Sequence record: SRR20825006_1106 | Length of the DNA: 58,084 bases | Strand: one strand, 5' to 3' | In this document: one piece after another, positions 49,413-58,051 of the stretch | Layout: every line of letters starts with the position of its first letter | How positions within the stretch are numbered: the stretch's first letter is position 1 | Made by a program: the position numbers and the translations under genes | The notes under the pieces: generated by a model | The model's input: the letters and a program-made list of their open reading frames with translations, nothing else | What the model was told of the DNA's origin: nothing | Database searches by the model: none

Positions 49413-52199
49413 ATGAATTTTTTATTTTCAAATAAAAGGAGAATTCTACTTCTATTTCTTCCATTATTTCTAATTGTAACTTTAATTACTATTTCAAATT
49501 ACTATTCAGATTTAGGTCCTCTAGAACGTCATAACGAAAAGAAAGAAGAACAAGGTCCAGCAGGCGAAAAAGTTGAAAATAAAAAAGCTCGACAAGAGTA
49601 TTTTTTTAATATGCTTCGCGACCCCAAGACAAATACTATTCCAGAATCTGTTCGTTCTAAAGAGCTTCGTTTTGCAAATGATTTATTCCAACATTCTAAA
49701 ATTATATCTGAGAACCTCTTCAATTGGCAAGAGGCAGGACCTAACGTAGTTGGAGGGAGAACTCGTGCAATTGCCATAGATATTAGTGACCCTTCAGGGA
49801 ATACCGTAATAGCTGGAGCCGCTTCAGGTGGGATTTGGAAATCTATTGATGGCGGAGCTTCTTGGGCTTATAAATCAGACCCAAACCACAATCTAAGTGT
49901 GACATCTATTTCTCAAGACCCGAATAACACTGACACTTGGTATTACAGTGCTGGTGAGATACGAGGTAATAATGCAAGTGGAAGATTATCCAGTGCACGT
50001 TATTATGGCTTTGGGATATGGAAATCTACGAATAGTGGGGAAAAATGGACAAATATTACAGTTAACGAAATTGGTGTTGGTGATGCTTCTTGGAATTCCC
50101 CTTTCGACTATGTTTCGAAAGTAATGGTAAGCCCCGCTAATAGCGATGTATATGTGGCTACTAATGGATTCGGGTTATACAAGTCTACCAACGGTATTGA
50201 TTTTGAGAACATTTTTGGGAACCCAGCAGAATTTAGGTTCTTAGATTTTGATATAGCTTCTAATGGAAATATTGTGGTAGTAGCTTCTCAGGATAATGCA
50301 GGGCAAACCACTGGTACTCCTGGCGTATATTATTCTACTGATAACGGAGTTTCGTGGTTGAATATCACTCCAACTACGTTCCCATTACAACACTCCCGTA
50401 GTGTGGTGGAACTTGCTCCTTCCTCAGAAAATTTAGTTTATATCTTTACTAATACTGGCCAAAATAAGACTAGTAATACCGACTCAACAAAAACCGTTGA
50501 GAAGCTTGCTTTACATAAAGTAAATCTCAATAGCGGTGAATCTTTTGATTTATCCAATAATGTGCCTGAGTTTGATACTTATAAAGGTACAGCTCAAACC
50601 CAGAATAATTTTAATATGGCGCTGGCTGTAAGCCCTTCCGACACAAATTTAGTATTTCTTGGAGGAGTTAGCTTGTTTCGATCAAGAACGGGATTTAGTT
50701 CAGCTAATTCAGAGTGGGTTGGTGGATATAACATCCAGAATCATCACGCCGATAACCATGCCTTAGTCTTTGACCCAAACAATGCTGAACGCCTTTGGAG
50801 TGGACATGATGGTGGTATCAGCGTAACAGATTTAGCTAGTGGTTCAATACCTTGGCAGAATATGAATAATGGTTATAATGTGACTCAATTTTACACTGTA
50901 TCTATAGCACGCGGGGCTGGTGACACTAGAATTATTGGCGGAGCACAAGATAATGGTTCTCCTTATTTCCGCTTAAACGACGATAAAGAAGTTGAGAACG
51001 ATATTTCAAGTGGGGATGGTTCTTTTGCTTTTATAGGAAGTACTTATATGTATGTTTCTACTACAAATGGTGTCATGATTCGTATCGGGTATTACCAAAA
51101 TACAGGAGAACCCTTAAATCCATTTGGTAACAAGTATAATCAATATGATTGGTCATATATTCACCCCTCACTCGCTTCTAATCAGGCATTTATTCATCCT
51201 TTTGCAGTCAACCCGACTAATCAGAATATAATATTCTATCCTGATGGTGCTGAACTTTGGAAAACAACTAAAGCTGGCTCTATTCAAAGTGGATTAAAAG
51301 ATGGTTCGGATTCCGACTGGACTAAGTTAGTGTTTGATGCAGGCTCTGGATATAACATCACTGCACTTTCTTTCACCCAAAACTCACCTAGCCATAAGCT
51401 ATATTTTGCGGCCTCTAGTAACTCAGGTGTACCCAAAATTTATTTCTTAGAAAATGAAGCCCCATCTCCTACAGAAATAAATATCTTAGAAGCTGCAAGT
51501 GGAAGCCAAGTGCATCATATTGCGGTAAACCCCTTAAATGGAAATGAACTTATCGTTGTAATGTCTAACTATAACATTACTGGTACTTATCATTCAAGTG
51601 ATGGAGGCGAAACCTGGAGTGCTATCGAAGGTAACTTAACTGGCAGTGAAGACAATTTGGGACCTTCAATTAGGTCAGCTGCTATTATTCAAGGTCGAGA
51701 AGCCACAGCGTATGTACTTGGAACTAGCACTGGTGTTTATTCTACAACTGTGCTTGCGGGGAATAGCACCAATTGGATAAAAGAATCACCTGAAATTATA
51801 GGGAGCTCTGTTGCTGAAGCAATTGATTATAGAAGTAGTGATCAAACTATCGCGATTGGCACCCATGGACGTGGAATTTTTATTGGAACTGCAAATAATC
51901 TTGTAGGTGAGGTACCTAGTTCCTTCACGTTGGCTCAAAATTATCCAAATCCATTCAATCCGAATACAAATATTCAGTTTTATCTAACAAATTCTGCGAA
52001 AGTAAACCTAACTGTTTATGATGTAAGTGGAAGAAAAGTTGCTACTATACTTAACAATAATCAAAGATCGATAGGTCAACACACTGTTTCTTTTAATGCT
52101 GGAAACTTAGCGAGTGGTGTTTATCTATACAAAATTGATATTGTTACTGAGGATGGAAAGACTTTTGCTCAGAGTAAGAAAATGACTCTTATCAAATAG
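49413..52199 (+). CDS. BNR/Asp-box (VPS10/GH74-like propeller) protein with T9SS type A C-terminal domain, copy 2
   Basis: Colinear over its whole length with 46200..49007, with long identical stretches (e.g. NLFNWQEAGPNVVGGRTRAIA, AEAIDYRSSDQTIAIGTHGRGIFIGTANN). Confidence 0.85.
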   Translation: MNFLFSNKRRILLLFLPLFLIVTLITISNYYSDLGPLERHNEKKEEQGPAGEKVENKKARQEYFFNMLRDPKTNTIPESVRSKELRFANDLFQHSKIISENLFNWQEAGPNVVGGRTRAIAIDISDPSGNTVIAGAASGGIWKSIDGGASWAYKSDPNHNLSVTSISQDPNNTDTWYYSAGEIRGNNASGRLSSARYYGFGIWKSTNSGEKWTNITVNEIGVGDASWNSPFDYVSKVMVSPANSDVYVATNGFGLYKSTNGIDFENIFGNPAEFRFLDFDIASNGNIVVVASQDNAGQTTGTPGVYYSTDNGVSWLNITPTTFPLQHSRSVVELAPSSENLVYIFTNTGQNKTSNTDSTKTVEKLALHKVNLNSGESFDLSNNVPEFDTYKGTAQTQNNFNMALAVSPSDTNLVFLGGVSLFRSRTGFSSANSEWVGGYNIQNHHADNHALVFDPNNAERLWSGHDGGISVTDLASGSIPWQNMNNGYNVTQFYTVSIARGAGDTRIIGGAQDNGSPYFRLNDDKEVENDISSGDGSFAFIGSTYMYVSTTNGVMIRIGYYQNTGEPLNPFGNKYNQYDWSYIHPSLASNQAFIHPFAVNPTNQNIIFYPDGAELWKTTKAGSIQSGLKDGSDSDWTKLVFDAGSGYNITALSFTQNSPSHKLYFAASSNSGVPKIYFLENEAPSPTEINILEAASGSQVHHIAVNPLNGNELIVVMSNYNITGTYHSSDGGETWSAIEGNLTGSEDNLGPSIRSAAIIQGREATAYVLGTSTGVYSTTVLAGNSTNWIKESPEIIGSSVAEAIDYRSSDQTIAIGTHGRGIFIGTANNLVGEVPSSFTLAQNYPNPFNPNTNIQFYLTNSAKVNLTVYDVSGRKVATILNNNQRSIGQHTVSFNAGNLASGVYLYKIDIVTEDGKTFAQSKKMTLIK

Positions 52200-52214
52200 A
52201 AACTCCTTTATACT

Positions 52215-52245
52215 AAAAAGGCAGCCAATAAAGCTGCCTTTTTTT
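52215..52245. terminator. Bidirectional terminator between convergent genes
   Basis: AAAAAGGCAGC-CAATAAA-GCTGCC-TTTTTTT; abuts the stop codon of the thioredoxin-like gene. Confidence 0.88.
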
Positions 52246-52864
52246 AATTCCAGTTATCTAATATCTCTAAAAATTCAGCTTGAATACCGGCACCTTTATC
52301 TCGGGCATACCACAGATGAAGTTCTCTTTTTACATCATCATTACTCATTGTTGAATCAGCAACCATTTCTACAAAACGATCTTGAATTACTTTAGGCCTT
52401 GGTCCCCACGTTCCTAGTTCTTCTAGAGTCTCTGTATCTAGTGCGATTAACTTTGGAATTGAACGACTCGTGCCATTTGTTAAGTAAGCGTCCATTACGT
52501 CCAAGTATTCATCTCTAAGAATCAGTTTCAACTCAATATTTGGGCTAATTTCTGCCATTTTATTGAGAAATGGGAGCAACTGAGATGCATCTCCACACCA
52601 ACCCTCAGTTAGCACAAGCCAAGTCATCTTTCTAGGGAAATCACTAAGCTTATTAGCAAGCTCATCATTAATCACACCGCGTTTATCCCAACGGTTAGAT
52701 CTTTGCATGTTTAGCTTGGTGTACTCCAACATATCTTCGCCATTTTCATCGTTTGTTGTACGATGTTCGGCATATAATTTTTCAACTAGCTTGCTATACT
52801 TTTGGTAAGAATATGCGCCTTTAATAAGGTCTTTTGTGATAATAGCTTGTGTGTCTGTATTCAT
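52244..52864 (-). CDS. Thioredoxin-family protein (single-cysteine WCGDA type)
   Basis: LVLTEGWCGDA, LILRD, YLTNG.SRSIPKLI, WGPRP. Start at MNTDTQ. Confidence 0.85.
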   Translation of the reverse strand: MNTDTQAIITKDLIKGAYSYQKYSKLVEKLYAEHRTTNDENGEDMLEYTKLNMQRSNRWDKRGVINDELANKLSDFPRKMTWLVLTEGWCGDASQLLPFLNKMAEISPNIELKLILRDEYLDVMDAYLTNGTSRSIPKLIALDTETLEELGTWGPRPKVIQDRFVEMVADSTMSNDDVKRELHLWYARDKGAGIQAEFLEILDNWN

Positions 52865-52908
52865 AGTGCTTAAAGTAATTGTGCAGTGTGAATAATTTAT
52901 GAACTTAT

Positions 52909-53790
52909 TCAATTGGATATAATCGATTTGTACAATACACACGATAGGATAAAGAGAACAAAGCTAAACGAAGTTAGAAATTTGATCTTCATTACTGTCT
53001 CATATTCAGTTTTATTTCCCTCCAATCTTTTGAGAATCTGATTTATAACTCCAAAGGTTACGGTACTTAATACTAAGAAAAGAAGACTTAAACTTGGATC
53101 TGTATTGTATAAACTGCCAGCTATCAAAAGCACACCGCTTGCGAAGAATATTCTATACAACCTTTTAATTCCTTTAAGTCCATATCGAATTGCAAATGTT
53201 TGATCTCCACGTTGAGCGTCTTCTTCTTTTTGATACACTTGAGAGACCGGATATAAACTCAGCATAATAAGAGCTACCCCTAACGCAGCAAAACCCTGAA
53301 CTATTCCTATCATTTTAGCACCAGAAGCTAAATATCCAAGTAAGAACGAATTACTTCCCGTGCTTACGCCAATAGCTACTAAGCTTAATAATGGTCGTCC
53401 TTTCCATCTTGTTATTGGGCTTGAATACAGCCAGAAGAAGAAAATGCTTATTCCATAAATCATAACGTAAACTCGGCCTAGTGAGAAAGCACTTACCAAA
53501 CCTACAAATTGAATCAACATCGATGCTACCCACATCCAACCTTCCATTTTTGGCGGGGATTTCAATCCTCCGATTGGCCCTTCATCCTTATCCCAAAATG
53601 AATTGTAAGCTGTAGCTCCTCCAAAAAGCAGTACGTGCACATTCAAAAACTGGAGACCAAACAGCTCCCAATTTATGGATTCTACAAAGAGTGCTGAGAG
53701 TAGATAGCCTCCAGAAAGAATAAAAAACTGATAGTGCAATCGAAGATGCACAATGAAATGCCAGACTTGGATGAGTTTAAACTTTTTCAT
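52909..53790 (-). CDS. UbiA family prenyltransferase
   Basis: Multi-TM protein; NxxxD motif YNSFWDKDEG; YS.P..RWK; second acidic motif YQKEED..RGD.T. Start at MKKFKL. Confidence 0.75.
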   Translation of the reverse strand: MKKFKLIQVWHFIVHLRLHYQFFILSGGYLLSALFVESINWELFGLQFLNVHVLLFGGATAYNSFWDKDEGPIGGLKSPPKMEGWMWVASMLIQFVGLVSAFSLGRVYVMIYGISIFFFWLYSSPITRWKGRPLLSLVAIGVSTGSNSFLLGYLASGAKMIGIVQGFAALGVALIMLSLYPVSQVYQKEEDAQRGDQTFAIRYGLKGIKRLYRIFFASGVLLIAGSLYNTDPSLSLLFLVLSTVTFGVINQILKRLEGNKTEYETVMKIKFLTSFSFVLFILSCVLYKSIISN

Positions 53791-53901
53791 AAACCTATAT
53801 AGGGTTAAAGCATGAAAAATGAAATTCTGTTTAAGCAACAACAACCTAAATTTAAGCTAATCTTCTACTGATTTAGAATCTAGTTAATCATATCTTTAGG
53901 G

Positions 53902-54810
53902 ATGCAGACGATTCCTACAACTACAACCTTCGAAAAAACTCTCTCCCAAAGTAATTGGGTTGCGGCTCAAACTGCTCACAGTGCTCGGATAGAAGCCTTA
54001 GTAGGTGATTATTTAATCCAACGCTCCCAACATGGTAAACAGCCTGTTATGGATTTCCTGTTCGATTATTACGCTTTTAGGCCTTCAATGCTTAGGCGTT
54101 GGTCTCCTGGGTTTAGAACTGCACTCGAAATAGACACCGAAATAGAGCTTCCAGAATTTAGTGAATTCAAAATTCAGGATAATCTAGCATGGTTAGATGT
54201 GAGTTTATTTCCAAAAAGAAGGTATAGGTCTACAAATTGGATTTTACAGATGTTGAAATCCACACAAGATTCACGTCCAGCTTTTGGTTGCTTTGGTATG
54301 CATGAATGGGCAATGGTTTATAAAGCAGAAAAACCACGACACGATCAAGTCCCTTTGCGAATGGAGCCTGAGGAATTAGCTGAGTTTGTAGAATCTCGCC
54401 CTCTCCTTTGTACACACTTTGATGCATTTAGATTTTTCACTCCCGAAGCTGTTCCTATGAATAAATTCCAGTTAACGCGGGATAAATTCGAAGAAAAGGA
54501 ACAACCTGGTTGTATTCACTCTAATATGGATTTATACAAATGGGCATTCAAACTATATCCATGGATTTCTAGTGACTTAATTCTAGAAGCTTTTGAACTA
54601 GCACTTGAAGCTCGAACTATTGATATGAAAGCTAGTCCATATGATCTGCTTGATTATGGTTTAACTCCCATAAAAATTGAGACCGAAGCTGGACGTTTTG
54701 AATACAAAGAGACTCAAGAAGCTATTTTCGAAAGAGGAAAACCTATCCGCGAGAAATTGATTATCGAGTATGAACGATTTTTGGAATGCTTGGAAGAATC
54801 GTCCATTTAG
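53902..54810 (+). CDS. Conserved hypothetical protein with three Cys/His motifs (family I recall being loosely labelled 3-methyladenine DNA glycosylase)
   Basis: PV.DFLF.YY, FGCFGMHEWAMVY, CTHFDAFRFF, QPGCIHSNMDLYKW, DM.ASPYDL. Confidence 0.65.
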   Translation: MQTIPTTTTFEKTLSQSNWVAAQTAHSARIEALVGDYLIQRSQHGKQPVMDFLFDYYAFRPSMLRRWSPGFRTALEIDTEIELPEFSEFKIQDNLAWLDVSLFPKRRYRSTNWILQMLKSTQDSRPAFGCFGMHEWAMVYKAEKPRHDQVPLRMEPEELAEFVESRPLLCTHFDAFRFFTPEAVPMNKFQLTRDKFEEKEQPGCIHSNMDLYKWAFKLYPWISSDLILEAFELALEARTIDMKASPYDLLDYGLTPIKIETEAGRFEYKETQEAIFERGKPIREKLIIEYERFLECLEESSI

Positions 54811-54813
54811 CCT

Positions 54814-55962
54814 CTAATTTGGAAGGCTAATCTTTCCTAAACTTATTTGCGTTCCGTTAACTTCAAAGCCATTTCCTCGGAATAAGTCATCAGCTAGAAA
54901 AGCCATTAGTGCTGCTTCTTTCGCATCAGGGAGCATTCCAAGCTCTTCAAAGTTTTTAACTTGGGCATTAGGCAATCGTTCAGCTAAGCTAGCCATCATA
55001 GTTTTGTTATGAATACCGCCCCCACTTGCATAAAGCTCAAAAACATCTTTACCTGAAATCTCATCAAAAGCTCGTGAAATACTCTGAACAGTTAGCTGAG
55101 TTAATGTAGCTATCAAATCTGTTGGATTTAGCTGAATTTGATACCCTTTCATCAACTCCTCTACCAGCTCCAAGTTGAAGTCTTCTTGACCTGTTGTTTT
55201 TGGAAATGGTTTTCTGAAATAAGGTTCTAACAATAAATATTTCAATAATTCGGAATGTACTTTTCCCAATTTGGCAACATCTCCGCTGGCATCATAGGCC
55301 TTGTTGAAATGCTTTTGCATTGCCTCGTTTATCAGCGTGTTTGCTGGACCTGTGTCTGAAGTAATAATTGCCTTCCCACTTTGCTTTGCTGGTAACCATG
55401 TAAAGTTGGCGATTCCTCCTAGGTTTAGTAGCACTCGGTTCTTGGACTCGTGCCTAAACAATACATCATCCATCAGCGCTACAAGCGGAGCTCCTTCGCC
55501 ACCCGCAGCGGTATGCTTTTGCCGAAAATCAGAAATAGTAATTATTCCTGTCTTTTGGGCTATGTGATCACCATCCACAATCTGCAATGTACTATTGAAG
55601 TCATCACCAGGCTGATGATACAATGTTTGCCCATGAGAGGCGATGGCATCAACATCCTTTACTGAGAAATTCCATTCTTCAATCGCTTCTAAAATCCAAC
55701 TACTATACAAATGCGCTAACTCTGTATTAAGCACACACACTTCTTGTAAATCGACGGTTTGTTTGGATTGGACAGCGCGGAGTCTTGCTCTTAAACCCGC
55801 ATCATACTCTACGGTTTTAAATTCAAGAACCTTAACACTCGATTCCGAACATTCACAAAGTGCCATATCTAGCCCGTCTAAAGAGGTCCCAGACATCAAT
55901 CCAATAATAATTCGAGAGGATTTTTGAGTAATTTCAGAAAGTAGAGAGAGTTGCTTGTTCAT
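54814..55962 (-). CDS. anmK: Anhydro-N-acetylmuramic acid kinase
   Basis: IGLMSGTSLDG.D, SHGQT..H, DFR, GGEGAPL, LNLGGIAN, DTGPAN, PKTTG.E.F, KEA...AFL. Start at MNKQLS. Confidence 0.96.
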   Translation of the reverse strand: MNKQLSLLSEITQKSSRIIIGLMSGTSLDGLDMALCECSESSVKVLEFKTVEYDAGLRARLRAVQSKQTVDLQEVCVLNTELAHLYSSWILEAIEEWNFSVKDVDAIASHGQTLYHQPGDDFNSTLQIVDGDHIAQKTGIITISDFRQKHTAAGGEGAPLVALMDDVLFRHESKNRVLLNLGGIANFTWLPAKQSGKAIITSDTGPANTLINEAMQKHFNKAYDASGDVAKLGKVHSELLKYLLLEPYFRKPFPKTTGQEDFNLELVEELMKGYQIQLNPTDLIATLTQLTVQSISRAFDEISGKDVFELYASGGGIHNKTMMASLAERLPNAQVKNFEELGMLPDAKEAALMAFLADDLFRGNGFEVNGTQISLGKISLPN

Positions 55963-55977
55963 AGTGGAAACTCGGAG

Positions 55978-55985
55978 TATTTTTG
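55978..55985 (+). promoter_or_regulatory. Putative Bacteroidota-type -7 promoter element
   Basis: TATTTTTG matches TAnnTTTG, 21 nt upstream of the ATG at 56007. Confidence 0.4.
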
Positions 55986-56006
55986 CATCGAAACAAATCC
56001 AAAACA

Positions 56007-56252
56007 ATGAGCGATACAGAAGAATTAGATTACCAATCTTTCGAAGAAGATTTAAAATTTTTGATAACTACGTTAAAAGACAGTTTTGAGTCTACCGATG
56101 TGGAATATTATGTAGACGACCACAACGAGATTCTCTATGTTAAGTTAGAAGGTTTAGACGAATATCCTGAGCATGAAATTGAGGAAATTGCTACTCCGAT
56201 ATTTGAAGAATTAGACATGGATTTTGAAGAAATCATCCTCTTATCACTCTAA
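56007..56252 (+). CDS. Small, very acidic hypothetical protein (81 aa)
   Basis: ATG preceded by an A-rich tract; 27 Asp/Glu, 3 Lys and no Arg by manual count; fills the gap between anmK and thrC. Confidence 0.75.
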   Translation: MSDTEELDYQSFEEDLKFLITTLKDSFESTDVEYYVDDHNEILYVKLEGLDEYPEHEIEEIATPIFEELDMDFEEIILLSL

Positions 56253-56342
56253 GAATAGCTTTCAGAAAAGCGCTTTTTTAATTGTTTTAAAGGAGAAGAA
56301 TGCTTCGTATTTTTTAGGATAATTTAATTCCTTATTTACTAT

Positions 56343-58049
56343 ATGAAGAGTTCTAATTCTGGATACGTTATGCGTTGTATTATGTGCAACCATGAAAATG
56401 ACGAGCGCAAAACAAGTACGTACTGTACGCAATGTGGCGGTGTGTTAACTATTGAGTACAATGAGGTTCGGCAAGAAATACAGTACCCACTTAAGAATAT
56501 AATTCCTGATCCTCTCAAAAATCATTACACCGCTCTAAAGAAGTTAGAACGCCTTTCTACCATTTATGGCGCTGAGCTTTATGCCAAATTAGAGCTCGAG
56601 AATCCAACAGGATGCTTCAAAGATCGTGGAAGTTATATTGAAGTTTTGAAAGCTCTCGAGTTGGGCGCTGATGCTATTTGTTTGGCTTCAACAGGAAATA
56701 TGGCAGCGTCGGTAGCAGCTTATGCTTGTTATTTCAAACTCCCATGTTTTGTGTTCGTACCCGAAAAAACTCCTGATGTTAAACTCGCTCAAAGCACCAT
56801 TTATGACGCTACTATCATAAAAGTAAAAGGCGACTTCAGAACGTGTGAGGTTCTTTGTCGCGAATTTGCTAAGTCTGGAAATTACTATTTAGCTGGCGAT
56901 TACGTATTTCGCCAGGAAGGACAAAAATCATTCTCTTACGAGCTGTTAGAGCAGGGAGAAATTGATTACGATTACATCTTTGTACCCGTAGGTGCTGGAA
57001 CAAACTTCGCAGCAATTTATAAAGGTTTTGTTGAAATGAAGGCTGCGGGTTTGATTGATAGAATACCAAGTTTTGTGGCTGTTCAGCCAGAACAAAGTTC
57101 TCCCGTTGTTGAAGGAATTTTCAAAAAGGAAAAAATCATCAAGGAACAGGTGCATACTATGGCTGATGCCGTTGCGGTAGGAGATCCTTTCGATTTTTAT
57201 AAAGTTCTTGAAGGTATTGATAAGACAAACGGACTTGCATTCACTGCTACTGAAAACGAACTGCTCGAATCGATGAAAGAAATGACCATCGAAGAAGGCA
57301 TTTTTACAGAACCGGCATGCGCCATTCCCTTAGCAACTTTCAAAAATAATTTAGAAACCTTTAAAGGAAAAAAGTGTTTGTTTGTGCTTACTGGAACAGG
57401 GTTGAAAAGCTCACAAATCGTATCTAAGTATTCACTTTCATCTCCTGTACTATCTCCAAACATGGAAACCATTCAACAGTATATAGATTCGGGATTCCCG
57501 CAATTACAGAAACAAAGTTGGGGTCAGTCGCGGGAAATGATGATTGGTAATGTAAATATGGACGACGACCACGCTCGTTTATACGATGGTTACGTAAGTG
57601 GCATCAACAAAAAAGGGAAGGTTTTAAAAGAGGAAGAAATAAAAGCACTAAAATCTCTCGTGTATAACGAAGAAAAAGTGCTTCATTATCCGGTTGAAGT
57701 TTTAGATTACAAGCTCACAATGCGTATGCATGGCTTAGTAAGTGCGGCAGTGAAGCTTCGCATTGATGGAATTGAGGACGAAGTGCTCTCGTTAGATCAA
57801 GGTGTTGGGCCAATGGATGCTATCTTAACGGCAATTAAAGCCGAAACAGATTCATTCTTGCCTTTAGAAGTTAAGAACCACGAAATTGAAATTCTAAGTC
57901 CTGATACCGACTCCTTAGTTATTGTAACTCTCACTCTAGAAAAGCAGGGACATACATTCCAATCTAAAGGTGCCTCTCCTGATACTATTGAAGCTCTTAT
58001 TCAGGCGTTCGTAAAAGGCTTAGCTATTGCCAATAAAGCACTGGTTTAA
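56343..58049 (+). CDS. thrC: Threonine synthase-like PLP enzyme with N-terminal Zn ribbon and C-terminal LeuA/CimA-type allosteric domain
   Basis: CxxC...CxxC; NPTGCFKDRG (PLP Lys), ASTGN, R.EGQK, EG.F.EPA, LTG.GLK; about 200 extra C-terminal residues containing G.GP.DA and G.S.D.I.A...A. Confidence 0.75.
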   Translation: MKSSNSGYVMRCIMCNHENDERKTSTYCTQCGGVLTIEYNEVRQEIQYPLKNIIPDPLKNHYTALKKLERLSTIYGAELYAKLELENPTGCFKDRGSYIEVLKALELGADAICLASTGNMAASVAAYACYFKLPCFVFVPEKTPDVKLAQSTIYDATIIKVKGDFRTCEVLCREFAKSGNYYLAGDYVFRQEGQKSFSYELLEQGEIDYDYIFVPVGAGTNFAAIYKGFVEMKAAGLIDRIPSFVAVQPEQSSPVVEGIFKKEKIIKEQVHTMADAVAVGDPFDFYKVLEGIDKTNGLAFTATENELLESMKEMTIEEGIFTEPACAIPLATFKNNLETFKGKKCLFVLTGTGLKSSQIVSKYSLSSPVLSPNMETIQQYIDSGFPQLQKQSWGQSREMMIGNVNMDDDHARLYDGYVSGINKKGKVLKEEEIKALKSLVYNEEKVLHYPVEVLDYKLTMRMHGLVSAAVKLRIDGIEDEVLSLDQGVGPMDAILTAIKAETDSFLPLEVKNHEIEILSPDTDSLVIVTLTLEKQGHTFQSKGASPDTIEALIQAFVKGLAIANKALV

Positions 58050-58051
58050 AC

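Noticed and set aside
56253-56342. Thr/Ile leader-peptide attenuator or T-box upstream of thrC
   Set aside because: Only 90 nt long, with no Thr/Ile-rich mini-ORF or T-box motif; just a short AAAAGCGCTTTT palindrome.
1824-57472. Numerous 60-126 aa ORFs antisense to or nested within long genes (e.g. 9862..10209, 20849..21169, 40081..40461, 57197..57472)
   Set aside because: They overlap well-supported genes, show no recognisable motifs and look like shadow ORFs.
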